A DNA stretch of 64,000 nt from an uncultured Candidatus Rokubacteria bacterium (GTDB lineage Bacteria > Methylomirabilota > Methylomirabilia > Rokubacteriales > CSP1-6), in NCBI GenBank assembly GCA_963754315.1, contig CAVWFS010000001.1, positions 32,001 through 96,000 of the forward strand, written 5' to 3'. Of this stretch, positions 39,894 to 50,223 are shown in pieces (within the stretch, counting starts at the first letter, position 1; each line of letters opens with the position of its first letter). The notes under the pieces are model-generated. The model did no database searches, was not told the DNA's origin, and worked only from the letters and a program-made list of their open reading frames with translations. A program made the translations under genes and the position numbers.

Positions 39894-40094
39894 TTAGACC
39901 GACACGTGGGTTACCCTCAGGGAGTCCGATCCTGCCCTGCCCTCGGCAAGCAAGTCTTCGAGCATCGGGTAACAGGCTCCGCAACTGCTGCCCGCCCCGC
40001 AGGCGGCGCTGAGCGCTTCAACCGTCTCGGTTCCGCCGGCCACCATCCTGCGCACCATCGAGTCGGGGACGCCCGTGCACAAGCAGACAATCAT
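39894..40094 (-). CDS. bfd: Bacterioferritin-associated ferredoxin
   Basis: MIVCLCTGV...CGAGSSCGAC; adjacent to bfr. Confidence 0.88.
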   Translation of the reverse strand: MIVCLCTGVPDSMVRRMVAGGTETVEALSAACGAGSSCGACYPMLEDLLAEGRAGSDSLRVTHVSV

Positions 40095-40099
40095 CGTGA

Positions 40100-40133
40100 A
40101 ATTAGGGATACCTAATTACGGAGAAACTGTCAA
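40100..40133 (-). promoter_or_regulatory. bfd promoter overlapped by an AT-rich palindromic operator
   Basis: Minus strand TTGACA-N17-TATCCC; palindrome AATTAGG-GATA-CCTAATT at 40100-40117. Confidence 0.65.
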
Positions 40134-40148
40134 CCTCTATTTTTCCTT

Positions 40149-40622
40149 CTATTCGTCCTTCACCTGCTGGGCGAGGTAGTGGGCCTCGCCCATCTGCTGG
40201 ATCTGGGCAAACTGGGCCTCGATCCAGTTTGCGTGGCCTTCCTCGGCGTGGAGGATTTCCTCGAGCAGGTGACGGCTGCCATTGTCGCCCACCGTCCGGC
40301 ACACCTCGATGCCCTCGTTGAGCATGGCGATCGCGGCCTTCTCGGTTTCCAGGTCCAGGCGCAGCTGTTCGGGCACCGTCTGGCCGACGTTGACCTTGTT
40401 CAGGCGCTGCAGGTTCGGGACGCCCTCGAGGTAGAGAACGCGCTGGATGAGGCGGTCCGCGTGTTTCATCTCACCCATCGATTCCTCGCGCAGTTTCTTC
40501 CACAATCGCTCGTACCCCCAGTTCTCACACATGCGTCCATGGATGAAGTACTGGTTGACGGTGGTCAGCTCGGCGGTCAGGATCTGATTCAGGAGCGTAA
40601 TGACGCGTTCATCGCCTCGCAT
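40149..40622 (-). CDS. bfr: Bacterioferritin
   Basis: [32 protein letters not shown]. Confidence 0.95.
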   Translation of the reverse strand: MRGDERVITLLNQILTAELTTVNQYFIHGRMCENWGYERLWKKLREESMGEMKHADRLIQRVLYLEGVPNLQRLNKVNVGQTVPEQLRLDLETEKAAIAMLNEGIEVCRTVGDNGSRHLLEEILHAEEGHANWIEAQFAQIQQMGEAHYLAQQVKDE

Positions 40623-40692
40623 GTGCGCCTCCCTCCCGCAGGATATCGGCACTGGGGATTCTACTGCCCGGGACGGCCCGGGCACCACGCCC

Positions 40693-41745
40693 ATGTACAC
40701 TCGGCCCGTGGAATTGAGCGCCTTCGACTATGGGCTGCCCCCCGCCGCCATCGCCCAGACGCCGGCCGAGCGGCGAGATGCCGCCCGTTTGCTCGTCATC
40801 GATCGCGCTCGGCAGCAGTTCTCTGATCGACAGTTTACGGACTTGCCGGCCCTTCTCCGCCCCGGCGACTGCCTGGTCGTCAACGACTCGCGCGTAATCC
40901 CGGCCCGAGTCCTCGCGCGACTCGAGGGAACCGAGCGACCCGTGGAGATCGTCTTCCTGGAGGAGGCGTCGGGGGGATGCTGGCTGGCCCTGGTCCGTCC
41001 TGGTCGCCGGTGTCGCCTGGGGGTAACGTTGGTGGCGGGCGGGGAGGAGCGAGCGCGGCTGCGCGTGGTTGGAATCGAGGCCGACGGTGGCCGCCTCCTC
41101 GAGCGGCTTGACGGCACGATTGGGGATCTCCTGGCGCGCCATGGCTTACCACCCCTACCGCCCTACATCGAACGGTTTGCCAAACCATCCAGCGAAGACT
41201 GGGAACGCTACCAAACCGTTTACGCGCACCATCCTGGTTCAGTGGCGGCGCCCACCGCGGGTCTGCACTTCACGCCGGAGATCCTGGCTCGGCTCAAGGC
41301 AGGCGGGGTCGAGCTTCACGCCCTCACTCTGCATGTCGGTCCCGCGACCTTCCGGCCGCTGCGCGGCGACCCGGTCGAGCAGCAGTCAATCCCGGCGGAG
41401 CGGGTGGTGTTGACACGAGAGGTTGCGCGCGCCGTCAACAGCGCGCGGGCCGAAGGGCGGCGTGTGATTGCGGTGGGCACCACCACCACGCGCGCCCTGG
41501 AGGGAGCCACGCGAGGTTCCCACTGGGTGGAGCCGGTCACCGGCACGGTGGACCTGTTCATACGGCCTGGGTACGCTTTTCGGGTCGTCGACGCGCTCAT
41601 CACCAACTTTCACCTGCCGCGTTCGTCGCTGCTCGTCTTGGTGTCCGCCTTCGCGGGTCGCGAACTGATCCTGAGCGCCTACGCGCACGCCGTGCGGAGC
41701 GGCTATCGCTTTTACTCCTACGGCGACACGACCCTCATCCAATGA
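40693..41745 (+). CDS. queA: SAM:tRNA ribosyltransferase-isomerase
   Basis: [38 protein letters not shown]. Confidence 0.95.
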   Translation: MYTRPVELSAFDYGLPPAAIAQTPAERRDAARLLVIDRARQQFSDRQFTDLPALLRPGDCLVVNDSRVIPARVLARLEGTERPVEIVFLEEASGGCWLALVRPGRRCRLGVTLVAGGEERARLRVVGIEADGGRLLERLDGTIGDLLARHGLPPLPPYIERFAKPSSEDWERYQTVYAHHPGSVAAPTAGLHFTPEILARLKAGGVELHALTLHVGPATFRPLRGDPVEQQSIPAERVVLTREVARAVNSARAEGRRVIAVGTTTTRALEGATRGSHWVEPVTGTVDLFIRPGYAFRVVDALITNFHLPRSSLLVLVSAFAGRELILSAYAHAVRSGYRFYSYGDTTLIQ

Positions 41746-42920
41746 CGGCGCGCCGCTCGTTCGAGCTCCTCGCCACCGACGGGCTGGCCCGGCGCGGACG
41801 GCTGGCCACGAGGCACGGAGTCGTGGACACGCCTGCGTTCATGCCGGTGGGAACGCGGGGGACGGTGAAGAGCCTCAGCCCTGACGACCTCCAGGAAAGC
41901 GGCGCCCAGATCGTCCTCGCCAACACTTACCATTTGCTTCTACGCCCGGGTCCCGACCTTGTCCGCGAACTAGGCGGCCTCCACACGTTCATGGGTTGGG
42001 ATGGTCCCATCCTGACCGACTCTGGGGGGTTTCAGGTGTTCAGCTTATCGAAGCTCAGGCGCATCACGGAAGACGGCGTGTGTTTTCGGTCTCCGCTGGA
42101 CGGGACGGAGCACGCGCTGTCACCGGAACTGGTCATTGCCATCCAGCAGACGCTGGGCTCCGACATCATGATGCCGCTCGACGAGTGCCTCGCCTACCCC
42201 GCCTCGCATGAGGCCACCGCGGCATCGCTCGCACTCACGATGCGCTGGGCACGTCGGGCACAGGCTGCCGCCCAGGGGGAGGGTGCCGTCTCCGGGCAGA
42301 TGCTGTTCGGGATCGTGCAAGGTGGGAGCTTTCCCGATCTTCGCCGCCGAGCCGTCGAGGAGACGGTAGCCCTCGGCTTCGAGGGTTACGCCATCGGCGG
42401 CATGGCCGTGGGCGAACCCAAACCCCTCCTGCACGATCTGACTGAGCTGACGGCGACCGTGCTGCCCTCCGACAGCCCTCGCTATCTGATGGGGGTGGGG
42501 AAGCCCGAAGACTTGGTGGAGGCCGTGGCGCGAGGCGTGGACATGTTCGACTGCGTGCTCCCCACCCGCAACGCGCGGAACGGCCAGGTATTCACGGCCG
42601 ATGGTCCGCTGTCGATCAAGCAGGCGAGGTTTGCGCGAGATCCCGCACCTCTCGAGGACGGGTGCGGCTGCTACGGCTGCCGGCGATTCTCTCGCGCCTA
42701 TCTCCGCCACCTGTGGACGTCGCGCGAGCTGCTCGCCTACCGCATCCTCTCGCTGCACAATCTGCATTTCTTCGCTCGCCTCATGGCGGGCATCCGGGAA
42801 GCCATTGACGGAGGGAGCTTCCAAGCATTCAGGGCTCGGTTTTTCGCCCGATATGCAGTATTATCCGTGGCGCTCGGTTGCATCCCCGAAGGTGGACACA
42901 TCTCCGAGAGGGAGGCCTAA
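41742..42920 (+). CDS. tgt: tRNA-guanine transglycosylase
   Basis: TPAFMPVGT, LTDSGGFQVFSL, DMFDCVLPTR, CxCxxC. Confidence 0.96.
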   Translation: MTARRSFELLATDGLARRGRLATRHGVVDTPAFMPVGTRGTVKSLSPDDLQESGAQIVLANTYHLLLRPGPDLVRELGGLHTFMGWDGPILTDSGGFQVFSLSKLRRITEDGVCFRSPLDGTEHALSPELVIAIQQTLGSDIMMPLDECLAYPASHEATAASLALTMRWARRAQAAAQGEGAVSGQMLFGIVQGGSFPDLRRRAVEETVALGFEGYAIGGMAVGEPKPLLHDLTELTATVLPSDSPRYLMGVGKPEDLVEAVARGVDMFDCVLPTRNARNGQVFTADGPLSIKQARFARDPAPLEDGCGCYGCRRFSRAYLRHLWTSRELLAYRILSLHNLHFFARLMAGIREAIDGGSFQAFRARFFARYAVLSVALGCIPEGGHISEREA

Positions 42921-42925
42921 TTTCC

Positions 42926-43270
42926 ATGATGCTTGCGCACGGCGCCGAGCTCGTGTTTGCCGGTGCGGCACCGCCGGGCGGCAGCGGCTCGAGTGCCATG
43001 GTCACCCAACTGTTGTTCTTTGCCGCGATCTTCGCCATTTTCTACTTCCTGCTCATACGGCCCCAGCAGAAGCAAAAGGCCGACCGGCAGCGAATGCTCG
43101 GCAGTCTCAAGCGGGGCGACAAGGTCGTGACCACGGGCGGGCTGCACGGAACGGTGATCGGATTGACGGAACAGACGGTGACCCTGCGGGTCTCCGATCA
43201 AGTGAAGCTCGATTTCGACCGCGCCGCGGTGGGACGAGTGGTGGCCCAGCAGAGCGACAAGGATGCCTAG
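42926..43270 (+). CDS. yajC: Preprotein translocase subunit YajC
   Basis: FYFLLIRPQQK, GDKVVTTGGLHG. Confidence 0.93.
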   Translation: MMLAHGAELVFAGAAPPGGSGSSAMVTQLLFFAAIFAIFYFLLIRPQQKQKADRQRMLGSLKRGDKVVTTGGLHGTVIGLTEQTVTLRVSDQVKLDFDRAAVGRVVAQQSDKDA

Positions 43271-44819
43271 AAACGTATGGACCCGGGCCGCCATCGTGGC
43301 GGCCGTGGTTCTCCTGTCCGTCTGGTACCTGTACCCGCCCAAGAAGACGATCAATCTCGGTCTGGACTTGCAGGGGGGGATTCATCTCGTGCTCGGCGTG
43401 GAGACGGAGAAGGCCCTGGTCGCTCAGACCGATCGTCTGGCTGCCGATTTCAAGAATGCGCTCGAGCGCAAGGGCATCGCCGTGTCCCGTGTGGCCCGCG
43501 AAGGCGATACCGCCTTCGCGGTCCAGCTCGCCTCACCGCAGAGCTGGAACGATGTCCTCACCGTGGTCGGAGACTTCCCCAGCCTTGAGCGACGGGGCGA
43601 GGATCAGGCGGCCGGCCGCCTGGTCCTGGCCATGCGCGCGAGCGAGGTATCCCGGCTGCGCGACGACTTCGTCCGCCAGGCCGTGGAGACGATCCGCAAC
43701 CGGGTCGATCAGTTCGGCGTGGCGGAGCCCGTCATCACCCGCCAGGGCGACAATCGGATCCTCGTGCAGCTTCCCGGGCTGCAGGATCCCGCGCGCGCCA
43801 AGGCTCTCATCGGCAAGACGGCCCTCCTCGAATTCAAGCTCGTCGATGATCAGACCCCAGTCGACCAGGCCGTCGCCGGGCGCCTGCCAGAGAGCGCCGA
43901 ACTCCTCACCCAGCGCCGGGTGGACAAGGACGCTAAGACCGAGCAGAAGATACCGGTCGTCGTCCAGAAGCGGGCACTGTTGACGGGGGCTGAGCTCACG
44001 CGCGCCGAAGTCTCGGCCGACCCCAATGCGCCGGGCAATTGGCAGGTCGCCATCGAGTTCAATCCGGAGGGAGCCAGGCGCTTTGGCGAGGTTACCGAGC
44101 GCAACGTCGGCAAGCAGCTGGCCATCGTCTTGGATGGCAACGTGTACTCGGCCCCTCGCATCAATGAGCGAATCCCGGCCGGCCGGGCGGTCATTACGGG
44201 ACAATTCACCGTCGAGGAGGCGCGTGATCTGGCCATCGTCCTGCGGGCGGGTGCGCTGCCCGCGCCCGTCCAGATCCTCGAGGAACGGACGGTGGGCCCT
44301 TCGCTGGGGGCGGATTCGATCCGGCAGGGGATGATCGCCATCGGCATCTCGGCCCTGGTCGTGTTCCTGTTCATGCTCATCTACTACCGCGTATCGGGAT
44401 TGATCGCCGACATCGCCCTCGGCCTGAATCTTCTCATTCTGTTGGCGGCCATGGCGGCGTTCGGGGCCACCCTCACGCTGCCTGGCATCGCGGGCATCGC
44501 GCTCACCATCGGCATGGCCGTGGACACCAACATCCTCATCTTCGAGCGCATTCGCGAGGAGCTTCGCGTGGGCAAGACCGTGCGCGGAGCCATCGAGGCC
44601 GGCTTTAACCGGGCCTTTCGGACCATCATCGACACGCACGTGACCGTGCTGGTGACGGCGGCCATCCTCTACAACTTCGGCACCGGTCCCGTGAAGGGCT
44701 TTGCCGTCTCGCTCTTCGTGGGACTCACGGCGAGCCTCTTCACGGCGGTCTTCTTCACCCGCCTTCTCTTCGATCTTCTGTACATGACGCGGCGCCGGGT
44801 CGAAGCGATCTCCATATGA
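43263..44819 (+). CDS. secD: Protein translocase subunit SecD
   Basis: LGLDLQGG, RNRVDQFGVAEP, GPSLG, GMAVDTNILIFERIREE. Confidence 0.96.
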   Translation: MPRNVWTRAAIVAAVVLLSVWYLYPPKKTINLGLDLQGGIHLVLGVETEKALVAQTDRLAADFKNALERKGIAVSRVAREGDTAFAVQLASPQSWNDVLTVVGDFPSLERRGEDQAAGRLVLAMRASEVSRLRDDFVRQAVETIRNRVDQFGVAEPVITRQGDNRILVQLPGLQDPARAKALIGKTALLEFKLVDDQTPVDQAVAGRLPESAELLTQRRVDKDAKTEQKIPVVVQKRALLTGAELTRAEVSADPNAPGNWQVAIEFNPEGARRFGEVTERNVGKQLAIVLDGNVYSAPRINERIPAGRAVITGQFTVEEARDLAIVLRAGALPAPVQILEERTVGPSLGADSIRQGMIAIGISALVVFLFMLIYYRVSGLIADIALGLNLLILLAAMAAFGATLTLPGIAGIALTIGMAVDTNILIFERIREELRVGKTVRGAIEAGFNRAFRTIIDTHVTVLVTAAILYNFGTGPVKGFAVSLFVGLTASLFTAVFFTRLLFDLLYMTRRRVEAISI

Positions 44820-44853
44820 ACCCGTTCATGGCCACCGGCCGGCTTCTGGTCCC

Positions 44854-45831
44854 ATGATTGAGCTGTTCCGCAATCCCAGCTTCGACTTCATCGGGAAGCG
44901 CAAGTGGGCGTACATCGTCTCGGGCATCGCGATACTCATCTGCGTGATATCCCTGCTCACGCAGGGTCTCCGCTACGACGTGGACTTCACGGGCGGCACC
45001 CTGGTTCAGGTACGCTTTGAGCAGGCTCCCTCCGTCGACCGGATTCGGGCCGCTCTCGCCCGGGTTGGTCTTGGCGAAGTTTCCATCCAGGAGTTCGGCG
45101 ATCCGCACGAATTCATCACGCGCCTGCCCTTGACCGGTGCTTCGTCCGAGGAAGTCACGCGGAAGATCCAAGACGTCCTGGGGGCCGACGCCTCCCTCGG
45201 GAAGTTCGAGATCAGGCGGGTGGAGTATGTCGGTCCCCAGGTTGGCCGGGAGCTGCAGCGTCAGGCCATCTATGCCGTGCTGGCCGGAATGGTGGGCATC
45301 CTGCTCTATATCGCTCTCCGCTTCGACCTCAAGGGTGGGGTGGCCGCCATTGTGGCCGTGGTGCACGACGTGCTGATATGCCTGGGCGCCATCTCCCTCA
45401 CGCACCGAGAGTTCTCGCTCCCGGTGCTGGCCGCCCTTCTGACCATCATCGGCTATTCGGTCAACGACACCATCGTGGCCTACGACCGCCTGCGCGAGAA
45501 TCGCGGCAAGATGCTCCAGCGGGGCCGGTCCTTCGTGCTGCAGATGAACGAGGCGGTGAACCAGACCCTTTCCCGCACCGTCCTCACCTCGCTGACCACC
45601 TTCATGGCCACCGCCATCTTGCTCTTCTTCGGCGGCAAGGTCCTCGAGGACTTCGCCTTCGTGCTGTTTGTCGGCATCATCACGGGTACGTACTCGACGA
45701 TCTACGTGGCGGGTGCCCTCGTGGTCGACTGGACGTTGTACGTGGAAGGCCGGCTGCGCCGCTCGCGGCCTGGGCGGGGAGCCGGGGGTACCACTGCCTC
45801 CAGCGGAAAAAAGGCCGTCGCCAAGGCCTGA
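44854..45831 (+). CDS. secF: Protein translocase subunit SecF
   Basis: DFTGG, VGPQVG, GYSVNDTIVAYDRLREN. Confidence 0.96.
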   Translation: MIELFRNPSFDFIGKRKWAYIVSGIAILICVISLLTQGLRYDVDFTGGTLVQVRFEQAPSVDRIRAALARVGLGEVSIQEFGDPHEFITRLPLTGASSEEVTRKIQDVLGADASLGKFEIRRVEYVGPQVGRELQRQAIYAVLAGMVGILLYIALRFDLKGGVAAIVAVVHDVLICLGAISLTHREFSLPVLAALLTIIGYSVNDTIVAYDRLRENRGKMLQRGRSFVLQMNEAVNQTLSRTVLTSLTTFMATAILLFFGGKVLEDFAFVLFVGIITGTYSTIYVAGALVVDWTLYVEGRLRRSRPGRGAGGTTASSGKKAVAKA

Positions 45832-45872
45832 GCGGGTGTATTCCTATATGATTACCCGGAGGGTGAGGCGGC

Positions 45873-48038
45873 GTGGCGCAGCTGCAGACGCTGATCGAGC
45901 AAATCCCCAAGTACCAGCCGGGGGCCGACCTGGACCTGGTGACGAGGGCCTATCGGTTCTCTGAGGCCTCGCACCAAGGCCAGCAGCGTGCCTCCGGCGA
46001 ACCCTACCTGTCGCATCCCCTCGAAGTCGCCAACCTCCTCGTCAACTTCAAGATGGACGTCACCACGGTGACGGCTGGCCTCCTGCACGACGTCCTGGAG
46101 GACACGGCCGCCACCAAGGCCGATCTGGAGCGCGAGTTCGGGCGGGAGATAGCCGAGCTGGTGGACGGGGTGACCAAGCTTGGCAAGCTCAATTTCTCCT
46201 CGCGCGAGCAGCGGCAGGCCGAGAACTTCCGGAAGATGCTGGTCGCCATGGCGCGCGACCTGCGCGTCCTCCTCATCAAGCTGGCCGATCGCCTGCACAA
46301 CATGCGTACCCTCCAGTACCTGGCCCCCGAGAAGTCCCGCCAGATCGCCCAGGAGACCCTCGACATCTACGCGCCTCTGGCCCACCGGCTCGGCATGGCG
46401 AAGGTCAAGGCCGAGCTGGAGGACCTGGCTTTGCGCACCCTCGAACCGCAGGCCTATCTCGACCTCCAGAAGCGGGTGGCCAAGCGCCGGCTGGAGCGCG
46501 AGACCGACATCGCCCAGGTCATCGCCTTTCTGGAACGAAAGCTCGCCGAGGTGGGGATCGAATCGCAGATTCGTGGGCGTCCCAAGCATTTCTTCTCGAT
46601 CTGGAAGAAGATGCACGATCAGGGGCGTGAGTTCGACGAGATCTACGATCTCACCGCCGTGCGGGTGGTGACCAACTCCGTCCGCGACTGCTACGGAGCC
46701 CTCGGCGTGGTCCATTCGCTGTGGAAGCCCGTGCCAGGGCGCTTCAAGGACTTCATCGCGATGCCCAAGGTCAACATGTACCAGTCCCTTCACACAACGG
46801 TCATCGGCCCCAAGGGTGACCCGGTGGAGATCCAGATCCGGACGTGGGAGATGCACCGGATCGCCGAGGAAGGCATCGCCGCGCACTGGCTCTACAAGGA
46901 GAAGAAGGCCGGTAAGGACAAGGTGGACGAGTCGTTGGTGTGGCTGCGCCAGCTCCTGGAGACCAACCAGGATGTGCAGGATCCGCAGGAGCTGATGGAT
47001 GCCGTGCGGGTAGACTTGTTTCCGGACGAGGTGTACGTGTTCACGCCGAAGGGTGACGTGAAGGCCTTGCCGGACGGGGCCACCCCGCTCGACTTCGCGT
47101 ATGCGGTGCACACCAAGGTGGGGGAACGCTGCGTGGGGGCCAAGGTCAACGGCAAGCTGGTGCCCTTGCGTTACACCCTCCGGCAAGGCGATATCGTCGA
47201 GATCGTCACGTCGCCCAATCAGCACCCCAGCCGGGACTGGTTGCAGATCGTCAAGTCCTCCCGGGCCCGCTCCAAGATCAACCAGTGGCTGAAGGTCGAG
47301 GAGCGGTCTCGCTCCATCACCTTGGGACGGGAGTTCTTCGAGCGCGAGGTCAAGAAGCACCACCTCAACGCGGCGACTCTCCTCGGCAGCGAGGAGCTCA
47401 AGAAGATCGTCTCCGACCTCGGCTTCCCGTCCACCGATGACCTCCTGGCCGCCATCGGGTACGGGAAGAGTTCCGTGCACCAGCTCATCAACAAGCTGGC
47501 GCCCCACGCCATGCCCGAGCCGGCCGACAGGCCCAAGCCGGCTCCGGCCACCCGGGCCGTTCCCGACCAGGGCGTCCGCATCCGGGGTGTGGAGGATCTG
47601 CTGGTGCGCTTCGCCAAGTGCTGCACTCCGCTCCCGGGGGACCCCATCGTGGGGTTCATCACCCGTGGGCGCGGTCTCACCGTCCACAGTCGCGACTGCC
47701 TCACCGTGGCCAAGAGCGTGCTGGATCGCGAGAGGCTGATCGAGGTGGAGTGGGACGTGTCGGAGCCGGCCAAGCGACCCGTCCGCATCGCGGTCTACAT
47801 CGGAGCCGATCGCCCCGGACTCCTGTCGGAGATCACCGGGGCCATCTCGTCGCGCAACGGAAACATCACCAAGGCCGAGGTCACCGTGACCGATGACCGG
47901 AAGGGGATCAACAACTTCGTCATCGAGGTTGCCGACCTGCGCCAGCTTCAAGACATCATGTACGCGATCCGTCAGGTTCCCGACGTGATGAACGTCGAGC
48001 GCGTGCGCAACGGCGGAGGGGCTGGGGCCAAGCTCTGA
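45873..48038 (+). CDS. relA: Bifunctional (p)ppGpp synthetase/hydrolase (long RSH)
   Basis: LLHDVLED HD motif, RFKD synthetase, YQSLHT, TGS and ACT domains. Confidence 0.95.
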   Translation: MAQLQTLIEQIPKYQPGADLDLVTRAYRFSEASHQGQQRASGEPYLSHPLEVANLLVNFKMDVTTVTAGLLHDVLEDTAATKADLEREFGREIAELVDGVTKLGKLNFSSREQRQAENFRKMLVAMARDLRVLLIKLADRLHNMRTLQYLAPEKSRQIAQETLDIYAPLAHRLGMAKVKAELEDLALRTLEPQAYLDLQKRVAKRRLERETDIAQVIAFLERKLAEVGIESQIRGRPKHFFSIWKKMHDQGREFDEIYDLTAVRVVTNSVRDCYGALGVVHSLWKPVPGRFKDFIAMPKVNMYQSLHTTVIGPKGDPVEIQIRTWEMHRIAEEGIAAHWLYKEKKAGKDKVDESLVWLRQLLETNQDVQDPQELMDAVRVDLFPDEVYVFTPKGDVKALPDGATPLDFAYAVHTKVGERCVGAKVNGKLVPLRYTLRQGDIVEIVTSPNQHPSRDWLQIVKSSRARSKINQWLKVEERSRSITLGREFFEREVKKHHLNAATLLGSEELKKIVSDLGFPSTDDLLAAIGYGKSSVHQLINKLAPHAMPEPADRPKPAPATRAVPDQGVRIRGVEDLLVRFAKCCTPLPGDPIVGFITRGRGLTVHSRDCLTVAKSVLDRERLIEVEWDVSEPAKRPVRIAVYIGADRPGLLSEITGAISSRNGNITKAEVTVTDDRKGINNFVIEVADLRQLQDIMYAIRQVPDVMNVERVRNGGGAGAKL

Positions 48039-48042
48039 GCCC

Positions 48043-48414
48043 ATGACCCGCCGGAAGTTCGAGGCTCTCGTCGAGCGGGCTCTGCGCCGGCTCCCCCGAC
48101 GGTTCAAGACCAAGCTGGTGAACGTGGCTGTGCTGGTGGAAGACTGGCCCGACTCGAAGACCCTGGCCGATCTCGGCCTGGAGCCGCCTGATACGCTGCT
48201 CGGTCTTTACCGCGGCGTCGATCTTACGCAGCGCGACGCCAACTACGCCAACGTCCTCCCCGACACCGTCACACTCTACCAGGGACCCATCGAGGAAGAG
48301 GCGGGAGACGACCCGGCAGCCATGGCCGAGGTCGTTCGCGAGACCGTGATGCACGAGCTCGGCCACTACTTCGGCCTCGACGACGACACGCTGCACCGTA
48401 TCGAGGAGGGCTGA
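48043..48414 (+). CDS. Minimal zincin-like metallopeptidase family protein
   Basis: LLGLYRG, HELGHYFG. Confidence 0.88.
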   Translation: MTRRKFEALVERALRRLPRRFKTKLVNVAVLVEDWPDSKTLADLGLEPPDTLLGLYRGVDLTQRDANYANVLPDTVTLYQGPIEEEAGDDPAAMAEVVRETVMHELGHYFGLDDDTLHRIEEG

Positions 48415-48418
48415 GACG

Positions 48419-50149
48419 ATGGGGCGCTCCCCGGCGCCCCTCCGCCCCCGGGTTCTCGTCGATCGACTGGTGGACCTTGCCCCGCGGCTGTCCTTGGCCG
48501 ATCGTCAGGCTAAGGCGTTTGTCCTCGATCAACTGGAAACGGCTGTCATCGGCGCGCCGGACGTATTGCGCCGCTATCACGAAGCGCTCTGCTATCTGCA
48601 GGCCTACCCCGATGATGCGGCGCTGCTCGTGCGCGTGGATCGCGCTCTGGCGGGGTGGGGTACCCGGATCGGCCGGATCTCGCGTCACGCGCGCGCGCAT
48701 CTCGCCGACTCCGGCATGGCCGGCACGACGCTTCGCTACCCATTCGGCCTCGCCATGGGTCGCTGGCTGGCGGCGCGTGTCCCCCGGCAGGTCCGGATCG
48801 TGTGGGGCGCCCTGGAGGAAGGCGAGCGCCTCGAGGAGACGCTTTCTCTGCTCGTCACCCGGATCGAAGGCGAAGCGTTCACCGAGGGAGGCCCCGGCTG
48901 GCGTCGGTGGCTCCGGAGCGCTGCCGGCGGCCGTCGCCTCACCGAGCTGCAGCTCCTCATCGAGATCTTCGAGCGGGCGCCCGTGAACGGACCAACGCGG
49001 GCTTGGCTGTTCGAAAGCCTCGGCCTTACCGTTGAGTGGCGCCTGTCGCCCACCGGTCCGTCCCGTACGCTCGCTCGGGTCGGGCGGCCGCCTGCGCTCA
49101 CCGCTCAGACGACGGGGCGACCCCATGCTGCGGCCCGCGGTAGACGCCGTGGATCGCGTCGTCATCTGGCACAGACGGTTCGCCGCCCGCTCCCGCTCAA
49201 GCCCGCGCCGCTCGCGCTGGCGGCCACGCTCATCGAGGCGGCTCGCATCGCCATGGCCACCCGAGCGCGCGAGCTGTTCGCGTTTTCGTACCCGAATCCT
49301 CGCGACGTGCTCGTGGCCGATCCCGAGCAAGGCTTGCGCATCGCGCTCGTCGGCCTCGAGCCCGCGCAACGACTGCCGCTGGAAGCCTACTACGCCTTCC
49401 TCGTTCTCAAGAACGGTGTGCCGGTGAGTTACGGGGGCGGATGGTATCTCTTCGAAGCCCTGGAGATGGGATTCAACGTCTTCGAGTCCTTCCGCCACGG
49501 GGAGTCAGCCCATCTGGTGGGCCAAGTCCTTCGCGTCTATCGCCAGGTCTTTGCCATGCGGGCGGTGATCGTGGATCGGTACCAGATCGGGTACCAGAAC
49601 GACGAGGCTCTTCGCTCGGGCGCCCTGTACTTCTATCAGCGACTGGGTTTTCGCCCGACCGATCTGGCTGCCCGCCGACTCCTGGAAGAAGAGGAGGTCA
49701 AGGTCGCCCGTGATCCTCGTTATCGCTCACCACAGCCCATTCTCAGGAGCCTCGCTCGGTCCGACCTCGTCCTGAGCTTGACCCGCGCCGGGCCCCCTCG
49801 GCGCGTGCGTCCGGGTGCCTTGGCCGCAACCGTGAGCGATCACGTCGCGCGACGCTACGCGGGCGATCGGCCGACGGCCGTTCGCGCGGCCATGACCCGC
49901 GTGGGCCGCATTCTGGGCGGCTGGCCCAACCGGAGTACGGCGTCCGCTCGGGCAGCGCTCGAGACGTTCGCGCTCGTGCTCGACCTTGTGCCCGATTTGG
50001 GGCAGTGGCCGAGATCCGATCGTCAGGCGCTGACGGCCATCGTCGAGGCCAAGGCAGGTCCCGACGAGCACACGTACGCGAGGTTGATGGACGCTCAGCA
50101 TCGCTTGCGCGAGGCTCTCGTCGGCGTCTTGGGGCGGGGTCGTCCGTAA
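48419..50149 (+). CDS. Hypothetical protein (576 aa) with GNAT-like C-terminal motif
   Basis: Long ORF filling the operon; ALYFYQRLGFRP resembles the GNAT FY.kLGF motif. Confidence 0.6.
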   Translation: MGRSPAPLRPRVLVDRLVDLAPRLSLADRQAKAFVLDQLETAVIGAPDVLRRYHEALCYLQAYPDDAALLVRVDRALAGWGTRIGRISRHARAHLADSGMAGTTLRYPFGLAMGRWLAARVPRQVRIVWGALEEGERLEETLSLLVTRIEGEAFTEGGPGWRRWLRSAAGGRRLTELQLLIEIFERAPVNGPTRAWLFESLGLTVEWRLSPTGPSRTLARVGRPPALTAQTTGRPHAAARGRRRGSRRHLAQTVRRPLPLKPAPLALAATLIEAARIAMATRARELFAFSYPNPRDVLVADPEQGLRIALVGLEPAQRLPLEAYYAFLVLKNGVPVSYGGGWYLFEALEMGFNVFESFRHGESAHLVGQVLRVYRQVFAMRAVIVDRYQIGYQNDEALRSGALYFYQRLGFRPTDLAARRLLEEEEVKVARDPRYRSPQPILRSLARSDLVLSLTRAGPPRRVRPGALAATVSDHVARRYAGDRPTAVRAAMTRVGRILGGWPNRSTASARAALETFALVLDLVPDLGQWPRSDRQALTAIVEAKAGPDEHTYARLMDAQHRLREALVGVLGRGRP

Positions 50150-50157
50150 GTTTTTGC

Positions 50158-50205
50158 TTGACAGTGGTTTTCAGTAGTTCTTATTGTTTCAGCAGATGCT
50201 GAAAC
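50158..50205 (+). promoter_or_regulatory. Sigma-70 promoter with overlapping inverted repeat (candidate autoregulatory operator)
   Basis: TTGACA-N18-TATTGT, then GTTTCAGCA-GA-TGCTGAAAC at 50186-50205. Confidence 0.7.
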
Positions 50206-50223
50206 GAGTGGAGCCAGCGAAAC

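Noticed and set aside
45852..48113. Long antisense ORFs (here and opposite arc, secD, pafA and others)
   Set aside because: Typical stop-poor shadows in high-GC DNA opposite well-conserved genes, with no recognisable motifs.
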